Positions 50,978-60,062 of a stretch of 64,000 nt of DNA are shown one piece after another (positions within the stretch are counted from its first letter, which is position 1; every line of letters starts with the position of its first letter). The stretch spans positions 6,032 through 70,031 of the forward strand of contig JAQTSV010000001.1 of NCBI GenBank assembly GCA_028711115.1, in the 5' to 3' direction. The notes below the pieces were generated by a model. The model was not told where the DNA came from, did no database searches, and saw nothing but the letters and a program-made list of their open reading frames with translations. Source of the stretch: Candidatus Omnitrophota bacterium (GTDB taxonomy: Bacteria > Omnitrophota > Gorgyraeia > Velamenicoccales > JABMQK01). The translations under genes were made by a program, and so were the position numbers.

Positions 50978-51042
50978 ATACTCTCCTTTTTCATCTTCAA
51001 AGAAAGTATACAAACCTAAGGTTACAATATCATTAAGACAGT

Positions 51043-51065
51043 GTGACTTTTTTGTGAATTGTTAC
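51043..51065 (-). promoter_or_regulatory. Pho-box-like repeats upstream of the second response regulator
   Basis: The minus strand reads GTAACA-A-TTCACA-AAAAAG-TCACAC, ~70 nt upstream of the ATG at 50977. It is the same TTCACA half-site as at 50214-50230. Confidence 0.35.
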
Positions 51066-51102
51066 AGGATAACTTTTGGGGAAAAAGGACTGCGAAAGGC
51101 TG

Positions 51103-52875
51103 TTAAGCCAGAGGAATGGTAAAACTAAAAGTGGAGCCAAGTCCTAGTTCTGATTTTACCCAGACTTGGCCGCCATGGGCGGATACAATGTGTTTAACAA
51201 TGGATAAACCAAGCCCTGTGCCGCCAAGCTCGCGGGAGCGGGCTTTGTCTACACGGTAGAATCGTTCAAATATTCGCGGAATGTCTTTTTCTGAAATGCC
51301 AATTCCGGTATCTGAAATGTCAATTTGTAAAGCATCACCTACCACCTTGGCAGAAATGGTTGCAGAACCTCCTTCGGATGAATATTTTATGGCATTATCT
51401 AAAAGATTAATCATAACTTGTGAAAATCTTGTTTCATCAGCCTTAATTTTTGGTAAACCCTGGGCGAGATTAATTTTCAGCGCGATTGATTTTGCCCTGG
51501 CTTGATTTTCGATAACAGTTACTGCACGCTTAATTACCGAAACAGTATCAAGCGAGACAAGGCTCATCTTCATCTTACCGGATTCTATCTTGGATAAATC
51601 CAAAAGGTCATTGATTAAATTAGCAAGGCGGTTTGAGTCCTGATAAATAATGCTTATAAATTCTTTGGCGTTATCTTTGTCTTTCAGCGCGCCCTCTAGA
51701 AGCGTTTCCGCATAGCCTTTTATGCTGGATATGGGAGTACGCAACTCATGGGAAACATTGGCGACAAAATCCTGCCTTATCTGCTCAAGCCGTCTTAATT
51801 GAGTAATATCATGGAAGACTAATATCGCGCCTTCAAGCCTGTTATTGCGCATAATCGGCACGCCGTTTACTCTGAGAATCTTTTCTTCTGGTATATTGAC
51901 AGTGATTTCTTCAGTTGCAAGATGCTGTTTTCCTTTAAGAATTCTATCCACCATTTCTCCTACTGCGGTGTTTCTGATAACTTCAAGCGGCTTTTTCCCT
52001 TCGGGATTAGTATCAACGAAGAATATTTTCCTTAGGGAAGGATTCATGAGGATAATTTTTTCCTTGTCATCGGTCACTATTACTCCCTCAAACATGCTTG
52101 ACAGAACAAGATCTAGTTTTGCCCGTTCGGAATTGATCTTTTCTATCTTGTCTTTTATCTCCTCGGACATTAAATTTAAAGATTGCGCAAGTTCACCAAT
52201 CTCATCCCTTGAGCGAATGGAGGCCTTCTTGGAAAAATCTCCTTGCGCCATGGCTTTAGCAATAGTTGACATCTCGCTAAGTGGCCGCGATACAAACACG
52301 GAAACCAAAAAGGTTAAGCCTAAACTCAATAGCAGGATGCCAATAATACTTATTCCCACTACCCTGTGCATTCTTGCTTCAAGTAGCCCTATATCATGCA
52401 GTGGCACTGAGAATCTTAACACCCCTTTATCATTTCCCTTCCCAAAAGGAATAGCCATATAAAGCATATCTGTTTTAATAGTGTAACTGAAACGCCTACT
52501 TACTCCGAAACCTTTTACAAGGGCATCTTTGACTTCTAATCTACCTGCATGATTCTCAACAGCAAGTAACTGCTCTCTTGTTAAATCTGCATCACCCAGC
52601 ACCTTTCCGTCAAGAGCGATAATGGTCACGCGCAGCCCAAGAGCATTACCTATATTCAGCGCAAGCTCCTGAAAGTCCATGAGTCCTGTTTTATCTTTCA
52701 GATGATTTTCTAACAGGTTTTTGCCGAGGAGAAGCTCGTGTTTAATATTGTTCTCGAGGTTATTTTCAACGTAGGATTTAAGGTGGGAATCCAGATAAAA
52801 ATATCCAGCTGAAATGGCAAGAATAACTACAAAACAAAAAATAAAGGTAAGTTTCCAGTGAAGTTTAATCTTCAT
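51103..52875 (-). CDS. phoR: Sensor histidine kinase, PhoR-like (TM-HAMP-PAS-HisKA-HATPase)
   Basis: The ATG at 52875 (MKIKLHWKLTFIFCFVVILAI) overlaps the phoB stop by 11 nt. The H-box is FVANVSHELRTPISSIKGYAETL; N, G1 and G2 boxes are DNAIKYS, DTGIGI and GGTGLGLSIVKH. The track start at 52995 is an upstream extension into phoB. Confidence 0.85.
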   Translation of the reverse strand: MKIKLHWKLTFIFCFVVILAISAGYFYLDSHLKSYVENNLENNIKHELLLGKNLLENHLKDKTGLMDFQELALNIGNALGLRVTIIALDGKVLGDADLTREQLLAVENHAGRLEVKDALVKGFGVSRRFSYTIKTDMLYMAIPFGKGNDKGVLRFSVPLHDIGLLEARMHRVVGISIIGILLLSLGLTFLVSVFVSRPLSEMSTIAKAMAQGDFSKKASIRSRDEIGELAQSLNLMSEEIKDKIEKINSERAKLDLVLSSMFEGVIVTDDKEKIILMNPSLRKIFFVDTNPEGKKPLEVIRNTAVGEMVDRILKGKQHLATEEITVNIPEEKILRVNGVPIMRNNRLEGAILVFHDITQLRRLEQIRQDFVANVSHELRTPISSIKGYAETLLEGALKDKDNAKEFISIIYQDSNRLANLINDLLDLSKIESGKMKMSLVSLDTVSVIKRAVTVIENQARAKSIALKINLAQGLPKIKADETRFSQVMINLLDNAIKYSSEGGSATISAKVVGDALQIDISDTGIGISEKDIPRIFERFYRVDKARSRELGGTGLGLSIVKHIVSAHGGQVWVKSELGLGSTFSFTIPLA

Positions 52876-53560
52876 CTTCTTCTTTAAATCTATAGCCCAA
52901 ACCACGCACTGTCTCGATTTGATCTCCCATCTTACCAAGTTTCTCCCTAAGGCGTTTGATGTGGGTGTCAACTGTCCGGGTAAATACATCTGCATTCATA
53001 TCCCAAACATCTGAAAGCAGCCGCTCTCGTGATTGGATACGCCCGTTTCTTTCAATCAGTGTGACTAAAAGTTTGAATTCTATAGGCGTAAGTTCAACTT
53101 CTTTATTATTTACTGTAACCTGGTGCTTCGGCACATTTATAACGAGGTTTCCTCTTTCAATAATATCTTTTGAAGATTCTTCCTGTTTGCCTCTTTTTAA
53201 AATTGCTTTTATACGCAGAACCAATTCCCTTGGGCTGAAAGGTTTTACTACGTAATCATCAGCGCCAAGCTCTAAACCAACAATTCTATCTACTTCTTCG
53301 CCTTTAGCGGTCAGCATTATGATAGGAATATTTTTAAGCTTGGGGTCCTGCTTAATCAAACGGCAAACTTCAAATCCATCCGTCTTAGGAAGCATGATAT
53401 CCAATATAATTAAGTCCGCGCCTTGTTTGGTTAAAATACGCAGCGCTTCTTCTCCGTCGTCCACAGCCGTACAATCATAACCGGCTTTCTCTGCATTGTA
53501 TTTTACAAGCTTTGATATGTGTTTATCGTCTTCGATTATAAGTATTTGTTCTTTTGGCAT
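52865..53560 (-). CDS. phoB: OmpR/PhoB-family response regulator, PhoB-like
   Basis: MPKEQILIIEDDKHISKLV..LIILDIMLPKTDGFEV..DDYVVKPFSPRELV, plus a winged helix ..IETVRGLGYRF. It is paired with the PhoR-like kinase. Confidence 0.88.
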   Translation of the reverse strand: MPKEQILIIEDDKHISKLVKYNAEKAGYDCTAVDDGEEALRILTKQGADLIILDIMLPKTDGFEVCRLIKQDPKLKNIPIIMLTAKGEEVDRIVGLELGADDYVVKPFSPRELVLRIKAILKRGKQEESSKDIIERGNLVINVPKHQVTVNNKEVELTPIEFKLLVTLIERNGRIQSRERLLSDVWDMNADVFTRTVDTHIKRLREKLGKMGDQIETVRGLGYRFKEEDED

Positions 53561-53791
53561 TTATACCTCACTTAACACGCCTATTTTACCACCTTCTGAA
53601 AAAATCTCAACATAATACAGGTCCTCCATAGGCGGCATTTCATATTGCAGCTGAATAAAAACGATTATGGCCACGTTTTGATCATAGCCGTTAAACTTTT
53701 CAGATACTCTAGGAGAAATATATTGCTGAGGCGGTAAAAATAAAAGCCTGGAGCGCTTATCAGGGCTTGAAGATTTCGCGGGGTAGCTCAA
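53561..53791 (-). CDS. Possible small ORF between cpaF and phoB (doubtful)
   Basis: 76-aa ORF whose stop abuts the phoB ATG and whose 5' end overlaps the cpaF 3' end by 32 nt. No recognisable motif. Confidence 0.2.
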   Translation of the reverse strand: MSYPAKSSSPDKRSRLLFLPPQQYISPRVSEKFNGYDQNVAIIVFIQLQYEMPPMEDLYYVEIFSEGGKIGVLSEV

Positions 53792-55925
53792 CGCCTCTGG
53801 TGACTATATCATCATAAAAGGTAGGAATTATTCCTGTGGCCTGAAAATGCCCGATTACTTTATTGTTATTATTCCTGTCAATACCGGTCTGCTTAAAAAC
53901 AAAGAGGTCTTTTAGGTTAATATGCGTGTCATCCAGCATACCTACGACTTCGCTTATCTGGATAACCTTGCGCGTGCCGTCAGGTAAACGTGCGGTATGC
54001 ACAATCAAATCCACTGCCGAGGCAATCATCTCGCGGATTGCCCTCAAAGGAAGCTCAACCCCGCTCATTAAAATCATGGAATCCAGCCGGGTTAACACAT
54101 CCTGGGTAGAATTGGCATGCACAGTGGTCATAGAACCGTCGTGGCCTGTATTCATTGCCTGCAACATATCCAAGACTTCGCCGCCGCGGCACTCGCCTAC
54201 GATAATTCTGTCGGGCCGCATCCTCAGGGTATTTCTGAATAAATCCCTGACCGTAATGGCGCCTTTACCTTCTATGTTGTGCGGACGGGACTCCAGTCTT
54301 ATCCAGTGCTCCTGTGTAAGCCTGAGTTCTGCGGCGTCTTCAATGGTAATAATACGCTCTGTGCTGGGCACAAACTCCGAAAGAATATTTAAAAATGTGG
54401 TTTTACCTGAACCGGTTCCTCCGGAGACAATCAGGTTTATCCTGGATATAACACAGGCCTTCAGGAACTCCGCCATATTACCATCGAGACTTCCGAAGCG
54501 GCTAATCAAGTCCGCAATGGTATAGTGCTCCCGGGAGAATTTTCTGATAGTAAGCACCGGGCCTGATAGGGCCAAAGGAGGAATAATAGCGTTGACACGC
54601 GAACCGTCAGGAAGCCGGGAATCCACCATGGGCACAGATTCATCCAAACGCCTTCCCAAAGGAGCAATAATCCTTTCAATAATAATACGCACCTGGTCAT
54701 TAGAGATGAATTTCTTTGTGGTCATTTCTAACCTGCCGTGCCGCTCTATATATACCTGGTCCTTGCCATTAACCATTATGTCCGTTATATCGTTATCCTT
54801 TAGGAAATCTTCCAATGGGCCTAAGGCCAGGGCCTCGTCGCAAATTTCTTTTACAATGCGCTCCCTTACTTCAAAAGATGATAAAAACGCACCTGTTTCT
54901 TCTGATAATAAATTAGTCACAATCTTGTCTGCCTTCTCCCTTAATTCCTTGGCCTTCTGTGAATTGGTGATAATCTCCAGATCTAAGCGCTTGAGATCCA
55001 GCTCTTCGATTAATCTCTGATGGATATGCCGTTTTAACTTGATAACCTCGTCTTCCTCGGTAAGTACATCCATCTTTTTTTCCAATTCCGTAAGGCCCAT
55101 AGTATCCCAGAATGTCCCGGCGCCGGGCATCTTCTCTTTGGATTGTGCCCGCATCTGTTTTAACTCCTGGTGCTCAATATAAATGTCATTTCTCTTGATT
55201 AATACCTGGGCTAATTTTTTTATGGACTGGCTTACTCTGCAGGCAGGGCTGTCAATTACCACAGGAATGCCTCTGTTTAGGGCCAGGCCCACTATCTTTC
55301 CTTCGCTGGGTATGTGCGCCAGGACTTCATAAGGCAGAGCCAGACTTATCTCCTGCATAGAGAGCGCGGACTTACTTTCCGAACGGTTCAAGACCAGCTT
55401 GACCATATTCAAAGGAAAGTGCAACGACTGCAATACATCCAGTCCCCAGCGTGTCTCATAGACAGAGATAATATCCGGAGTGACCACAAACAAAATAAGG
55501 TTGGAACAGTTAAAGGCAGCGATTAGGCTGTCTGTAAAGGCCTTGCCGCCATCCAGGATAATAAAATCGTATTGCTCTATAAGCATGTTCATCACCATAT
55601 CCACGCGCTCAATTATAATGTGCGATGCCTGCTTGGGGCGGGTAACTGCCGGCAGGAAATCTATGCCTGCGGAAGGAACCAAAGTGATATAATTCTTAAT
55701 ATTGCCTAATTCCTTAATCTTGTCTATAATCGCGGAGATGTCGTACATAGAATACTGCGCTGTGACATCTATCATGCGCGACATATCCTGCGCGGCCTGC
55801 AAATCAAAATCCACAAGAATGACTTTTTTGCCTTCCTGTGCCAAAGACACGGCCAGGTTTACAGCCATAAAAGTCTTTCCTACGCCGCCCTTGGTGCTAA
55901 ACAGAGAAATCAGGTTTGCCTTCAT
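53760..55925 (-). CDS. cpaF: Fusion protein: N-terminal ParA/MinD-type (CpaE/TadZ-like) domain plus C-terminal CpaF/TadA secretion ATPase
   Basis: The N-terminus has the deviant Walker A LFSTKGGVGKTFMAVNLA..VILVDFDLQ. The C-terminus has VDSRLPDGSRVNAIIPPLA..SGGTGSGKTTFLN..IITIEDAAEL..RMRPDRIIVGECRGGE..AMNTGHDGSMTTVHAN. Confidence 0.88.
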   Translation of the reverse strand: MKANLISLFSTKGGVGKTFMAVNLAVSLAQEGKKVILVDFDLQAAQDMSRMIDVTAQYSMYDISAIIDKIKELGNIKNYITLVPSAGIDFLPAVTRPKQASHIIIERVDMVMNMLIEQYDFIILDGGKAFTDSLIAAFNCSNLILFVVTPDIISVYETRWGLDVLQSLHFPLNMVKLVLNRSESKSALSMQEISLALPYEVLAHIPSEGKIVGLALNRGIPVVIDSPACRVSQSIKKLAQVLIKRNDIYIEHQELKQMRAQSKEKMPGAGTFWDTMGLTELEKKMDVLTEEDEVIKLKRHIHQRLIEELDLKRLDLEIITNSQKAKELREKADKIVTNLLSEETGAFLSSFEVRERIVKEICDEALALGPLEDFLKDNDITDIMVNGKDQVYIERHGRLEMTTKKFISNDQVRIIIERIIAPLGRRLDESVPMVDSRLPDGSRVNAIIPPLALSGPVLTIRKFSREHYTIADLISRFGSLDGNMAEFLKACVISRINLIVSGGTGSGKTTFLNILSEFVPSTERIITIEDAAELRLTQEHWIRLESRPHNIEGKGAITVRDLFRNTLRMRPDRIIVGECRGGEVLDMLQAMNTGHDGSMTTVHANSTQDVLTRLDSMILMSGVELPLRAIREMIASAVDLIVHTARLPDGTRKVIQISEVVGMLDDTHINLKDLFVFKQTGIDRNNNNKVIGHFQATGIIPTFYDDIVTRGVELPREIFKP

Positions 55926-55968
55926 CTACAACCTCGCTAAGATATGTTTTTAACTACAGTTATCCGGT

Positions 55969-57624
55969 TTAATTATCTGCCTTGAAAACCAAAGGAATAT
56001 CAATCCACAGTTCCTTGAGCTTCAACTGCGACGGAAAAGCAGGAAACGGAGAAAGTTTTTTTACATTGTGTTCTGCCGTATCGTCTAAAGACTGATTTCC
56101 TGATGACTGCATAATAACCACGCCTAGGAGTTTTCCGTCGGGCAACAGGTGCAGGCTTAATTTTACCGTCCCTCCGATCCCTTTATTTTTTAGTTCCTGC
56201 GGATAATTTATATTGGAATTTATGATATTTTGTATTAATGTCGAGTAAACAAAAACCGGGTCATCATCGGCTATGGGCCGCGCCTCTATTGGCTCGACAT
56301 CCTGCCTTTTGGATAAATTCTGCGTGAGCGCCGGCACCTTAACTACGGCTTCAGAACTGGCCGGTATTTCATTCAAAGACTTGTTTCTTAGAATCGTAGG
56401 AGAGAGAGTGATAACTATTTCCGTATCCTCCTGGCTCAAATCCTTGCTGCGGAAAAACAGACCCATCAGAGGTATGCGCGCCAAGAATGGAACCTGCGTC
56501 CTATTGTCGGCCCTTGCTGATTTTATCAATCCTGCCAAAAATACTGTCTGGCCGCTTAATAAAGACAGTTCTGTCTGCACGCTTCTCTCTGTAAGACCAG
56601 GCGTGGAAACACCAGAGTTAAGCGTTATTGCATTGGAAGTATCAATATCTGTAATCTTGACTTCTAGATTCACCGATATCTCATCATTTTCTTTAACTAC
56701 AGGTTTTACATTTAAGCTTATGCCGTACTCCTTCATTTCTATATTGTAACCCGTGGAGACGCCGCCTGTGCCACTTGTAGTTGTGCTGCTGGTAATAATG
56801 GGCCTTTCGCCGCCTACTAATAATTTTGCCTCTTTACCGCTTAGGCAGACGAGTTTAGGCCGGGAAAGTGTACGCGCCCTATTGTCCTGCTTAAGCAAAT
56901 TTAATGTAGCGGCCAACTCATCTGCTCTCCAGGATTTTAGGATGTGCAGCGTACGCGCAGGGTTGAGCAACCCGCTGGGAAAACCGCTGGTATTGGGTTC
57001 GTTAAAAGCGATACTGGTATTCCAGGTAAACCCCAGATTATCCAGGTCTGTCTTAGCAATCTCTAAGACTTCCACGTCTATCTCTACAGTAGGAATGTCA
57101 TCTTTATATTCCACCAGATTGACTATTTTATCTTTTACCAATTCTAATTTGCTTTCTAAAGAATCTTTCTGGGAAGCAGGGACTTCTCCCAAGATAAAAA
57201 TTTTTCTTTCTTTATCGCCGATTTGCGTAGCCAGCCTGTCGAAACCGGCAGCCTTCAATAAAACATCCACCCTTTCCTTTATTTTATCTAGATCTTCCTT
57301 GAATATTTTTACGGCGTATATGTGTTGGCCGTAATTATCCACGACGGTAAGCTGGGTTTCGCCTTCGGCTAATCCCGACAGCAAAAGTTCCTTTTCGCCT
57401 GCGCTTGCCACATCGAGTAAGTTGGGATTACCAATTTTAACCTGTTTGGGATTGCTGACGCTTAAGGTTTGTGTCTCTCCGATAATAACTTTAATCTCAT
57501 CGGAATAATCTGCAGCTTCTGCCTTGATATCCGCGAAAAAAAGACAAAACAAGATAAAACAAGCCACGCCAGAAATAAGAGTCTTTATCTGCTTTGCGCT
57601 ATTATTGGTATGTTTGATTTTCAT
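55969..57624 (-). CDS. cpaC: Tad secretin CpaC/RcpA with a C-terminal TonB-C-like domain
   Basis: Signal peptide, then N-domains. The secretin core is RTLSRPKLVCLSGKEAKLLVGGE..GISLNVKPVV..TELSLLSGQTVFLAGLI..VPFLARIPLMGLFFRS. The last ~90 aa (55969-56240) read YPQELKNKGIGGTVKLSLHLLPDGKLLGVVIMQSSGNQSLDDTAEHNVKKLSPFP, a TonB C-terminal pattern. Confidence 0.85.
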   Translation of the reverse strand: MKIKHTNNSAKQIKTLISGVACFILFCLFFADIKAEAADYSDEIKVIIGETQTLSVSNPKQVKIGNPNLLDVASAGEKELLLSGLAEGETQLTVVDNYGQHIYAVKIFKEDLDKIKERVDVLLKAAGFDRLATQIGDKERKIFILGEVPASQKDSLESKLELVKDKIVNLVEYKDDIPTVEIDVEVLEIAKTDLDNLGFTWNTSIAFNEPNTSGFPSGLLNPARTLHILKSWRADELAATLNLLKQDNRARTLSRPKLVCLSGKEAKLLVGGERPIITSSTTTSGTGGVSTGYNIEMKEYGISLNVKPVVKENDEISVNLEVKITDIDTSNAITLNSGVSTPGLTERSVQTELSLLSGQTVFLAGLIKSARADNRTQVPFLARIPLMGLFFRSKDLSQEDTEIVITLSPTILRNKSLNEIPASSEAVVKVPALTQNLSKRQDVEPIEARPIADDDPVFVYSTLIQNIINSNINYPQELKNKGIGGTVKLSLHLLPDGKLLGVVIMQSSGNQSLDDTAEHNVKKLSPFPAFPSQLKLKELWIDIPLVFKADN

Positions 57625-57625
57625 T

Positions 57626-58489
57626 CTATTTTTTGAGTTCTATCTGTTCTTTTTTTGCGCCTTTATAAATCTCTAAAGTAGGGGCTGGCGGAGGCGGTGG
57701 CGCCACAGGCTGCTCCACGACCTGCGGTTCTTCCTTTTTCTTTTCTTGCTGGGGCTGTTGCATAAGTTGCTGACCTAAGTTACTGATGATATACTGCCAA
57801 AGGGCATTGGCCTCAATAGGTGGAACAGATTCGATGGCTGTATCCAGGGGCTGCCTTAAAATAAATCTTAACGCCCCTTGTGTCATAGCATAAGACAGAA
57901 TTGCTGATTCCTGTGGTGTCAGCGCCAAAATAAACACCAAGCTTCCGGAACTATCTCTGTTAACCCCCATTACCAGAATTTTCTGAAACAAGGTAACGCT
58001 GACATTTTCCGTGACAGCTTTGCCGTCGACATTCTGCGTATAAGGAAACCCGCCGATAATATCAATATAATCTCCTGCCTTGACTTCGCCGGCCACAGCC
58101 ATAAGCGGTTCTATTTTAATTGTAAAAGCCCTTTTGCCGGTCGGTAACCGCACAGCCAGGCTGTCTTCGGTTTTACGAATAGTAGTAAGCATAGTAGACA
58201 AAACCTGCCCGTCTTTATGTATGTCTGTCACGGCTATTTTACCAAAAGCCGCATTGGGATTCTGCAGAACGTCTGGCTGCATATACTGGACGGGGAACTT
58301 GACCTGTCTGAGCATATTCGGCTGGATAGTGGCGCCTTTGGGGATATCCTGGCCTGCCACTACGATGGTCGTCTCTTGAAGTTGAATTTTGTATTTCTGT
58401 TTTTCGCGATTTAAATAAGTATTAATCATTACCACTGCCAAAAGAGACATGACCACAGCGATAATGATGCTCAATAACCTTTTATTCAT
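57626..58489 (-). CDS. cpaB: Flp pilus assembly protein CpaB/RcpC
   Basis: An N-terminal TM helix, a SAF-like TTIVVAGQDIPKGATIQPNMLRQVKFP, then RAFTIKIEPLMAVAGEVKAGDYIDIIG and a Pro-rich tail. 1-nt gap to cpaC. Confidence 0.8.
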   Translation of the reverse strand: MNKRLLSIIIAVVMSLLAVVMINTYLNREKQKYKIQLQETTIVVAGQDIPKGATIQPNMLRQVKFPVQYMQPDVLQNPNAAFGKIAVTDIHKDGQVLSTMLTTIRKTEDSLAVRLPTGKRAFTIKIEPLMAVAGEVKAGDYIDIIGGFPYTQNVDGKAVTENVSVTLFQKILVMGVNRDSSGSLVFILALTPQESAILSYAMTQGALRFILRQPLDTAIESVPPIEANALWQYIISNLGQQLMQQPQQEKKKEEPQVVEQPVAPPPPPAPTLEIYKGAKKEQIELKK

Positions 58490-58616
58490 AAATTATAAAC
58501 GTCCGTGCTTACGAATTTATAGATAATTCCCTTGCCGAAATAGAAAATTACTGAAAAATTATCTTGCCTCGCCTATGCAAAAGAACAACAAATTAAATTT
58601 CAGATAAATCCGATGC

Positions 58617-59543
58617 CTACTTCAGCAGTTCTTCTTTTATCTCTACCGTGGAATCTCTCTTGAGTTTATCCACAAGCTCCTGGATGCGCTGTTGCTGCTT
58701 CAGCGGCAATAGGCTATTTTTAACCTGATCCCATACCTCTGTGAGAGGCTTTATCTTAGGAGCCTTGACTTCTTCTACTTTTATTATATAAAATCCCTTC
58801 GGGCCTTTGAATATGCTGCTTATCTGGCCGGCGTCCAAAGCAAATGCCACTTCGTCGAATTTCTTATAATCTTCCCCTAATTGGCCTTTCTTAATAAAGC
58901 CTATGTCTCCGCCCTTATTCTTGCTGTCGCTGACGGATTTATCTCTGGCCAAAGTGGCAAAATCCTGACCCTGTAATATGGCGATATTAATCTCCTTGGC
59001 TGCATCTTCGCTGGGCACTACGATCTCGCGCACATGCCTTTCTTCCGGTTCGGAAAGCTGTTCTTTGTATTGATTATAAAATACCTCTATCTCCTGAGGA
59101 TCGACGGCAATATTCTCTGTGACATCGATAACCAGCTGTCTCACTGCCAAACCCCTTAAATAACCGTCGGCTAAATCCTGGATTTCTTTCCTCACGGGAA
59201 TGCCCCTGGATCTTGCCTCCTGGTATAACAACTCCTGATTAATCATCTCGTCCAATAAACTCTTCTTCATCTCAGGAGTATTTATCTTGATTTCTGGTGA
59301 GAGCGCCTCAAGATTTTTGATATTCTGCTCTAATTCCTCCAAAGTAATCACCTTATCGTTTACCTTGGCCAATACTGTGCCTTGCGGCTTCTGCGCCGGT
59401 GCGGCCGGAGCGGCTTGTGTTGCTGCCTGATGCTTTACGGTTACTGCTGGTGCACTGCTTTTAAAAATTTTTTCAATCTGGTCACAACCCATAATAAAAC
59501 CTGCTGCCAAAATCACGGCCACTAGAAAAATACCTTTTTTCAT
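58617..59543 (-). CDS. Parvulin-type peptidyl-prolyl isomerase lipoprotein (PrsA/SurA-like)
   Basis: The signal is MKKGIFLVAVILAAGFIMGC (lipobox). The PpiC domain is HVREIVV..AKEINIAILQGQDFATLARDKSVSDSKNKGGDIGFIKKGQL..FDEVAFALDAGQISSIFKGPKGFYIIKVEE. Confidence 0.8.
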   Translation of the reverse strand: MKKGIFLVAVILAAGFIMGCDQIEKIFKSSAPAVTVKHQAATQAAPAAPAQKPQGTVLAKVNDKVITLEELEQNIKNLEALSPEIKINTPEMKKSLLDEMINQELLYQEARSRGIPVRKEIQDLADGYLRGLAVRQLVIDVTENIAVDPQEIEVFYNQYKEQLSEPEERHVREIVVPSEDAAKEINIAILQGQDFATLARDKSVSDSKNKGGDIGFIKKGQLGEDYKKFDEVAFALDAGQISSIFKGPKGFYIIKVEEVKAPKIKPLTEVWDQVKNSLLPLKQQQRIQELVDKLKRDSTVEIKEELLK

Positions 59544-59793
59544 TTCTGTCTCCTTTCTCTAAAACCTGTCTTCCTTGCCTATATCTTAAACTAGGCGTGG
59601 TGGCTGATTTTAAAATATCTTTTTATTAACAACCTTATAACACACTTGGACTTATAAATCAAGAAAAATTAATATCGACGGCAATTTTTCAACACTATAT
59701 AAGCAATAAATAATAAAAACTGCGCGCTTAACAATATGGAAATCTGCTTTTTCTTCTGCTAAGATATAGGCGGGATAACCGTTATCATATAAG

Positions 59794-59871
59794 TGGTAGC
59801 CCCAACCGGATTTGAACCGGTGTCTTATGGCTGAGAACCACATGTCCTGGACCAGGCTAGACGATGGGGCC
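59794..59871 (-). tRNA. tRNA-Glu (anticodon CUC), CCA encoded
   Basis: The minus strand folds as a 78-nt cloverleaf: GGCCCCA TC GTCT AGCCTGGTCCA GGAC A TGTGG TTCTCAG CCATA AGAC ACCGG TTCAAAT CCGGT TGGGGCT A CCA. The D arm resembles E. coli tRNA-Glu (GUCU...GGAC), and the T-loop is TTCAAAT. Confidence 0.85.
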
Positions 59872-60062
59872 ACAGATATAAATTTCTTTCGAGGAATTTT
59901 AACAAATTTCTCCCCTCTAAGCAAGGAAAATTATTGACACTGTCATAAAATTAAGTTATCCTTAAATTGAATTGTGCAAACTTTATACAAGCTTCATTAT
60001 TCTTTTATGAACTTTTTATCCCGGCATAATCTAAATCTTTGGCTCAAATAAAACTTTAAACA

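Noticed and set aside
59652-59924. 90-aa minus-strand ORF.
   Set aside because: It overlaps the tRNA-Glu gene completely and has no motif, so it is spurious.
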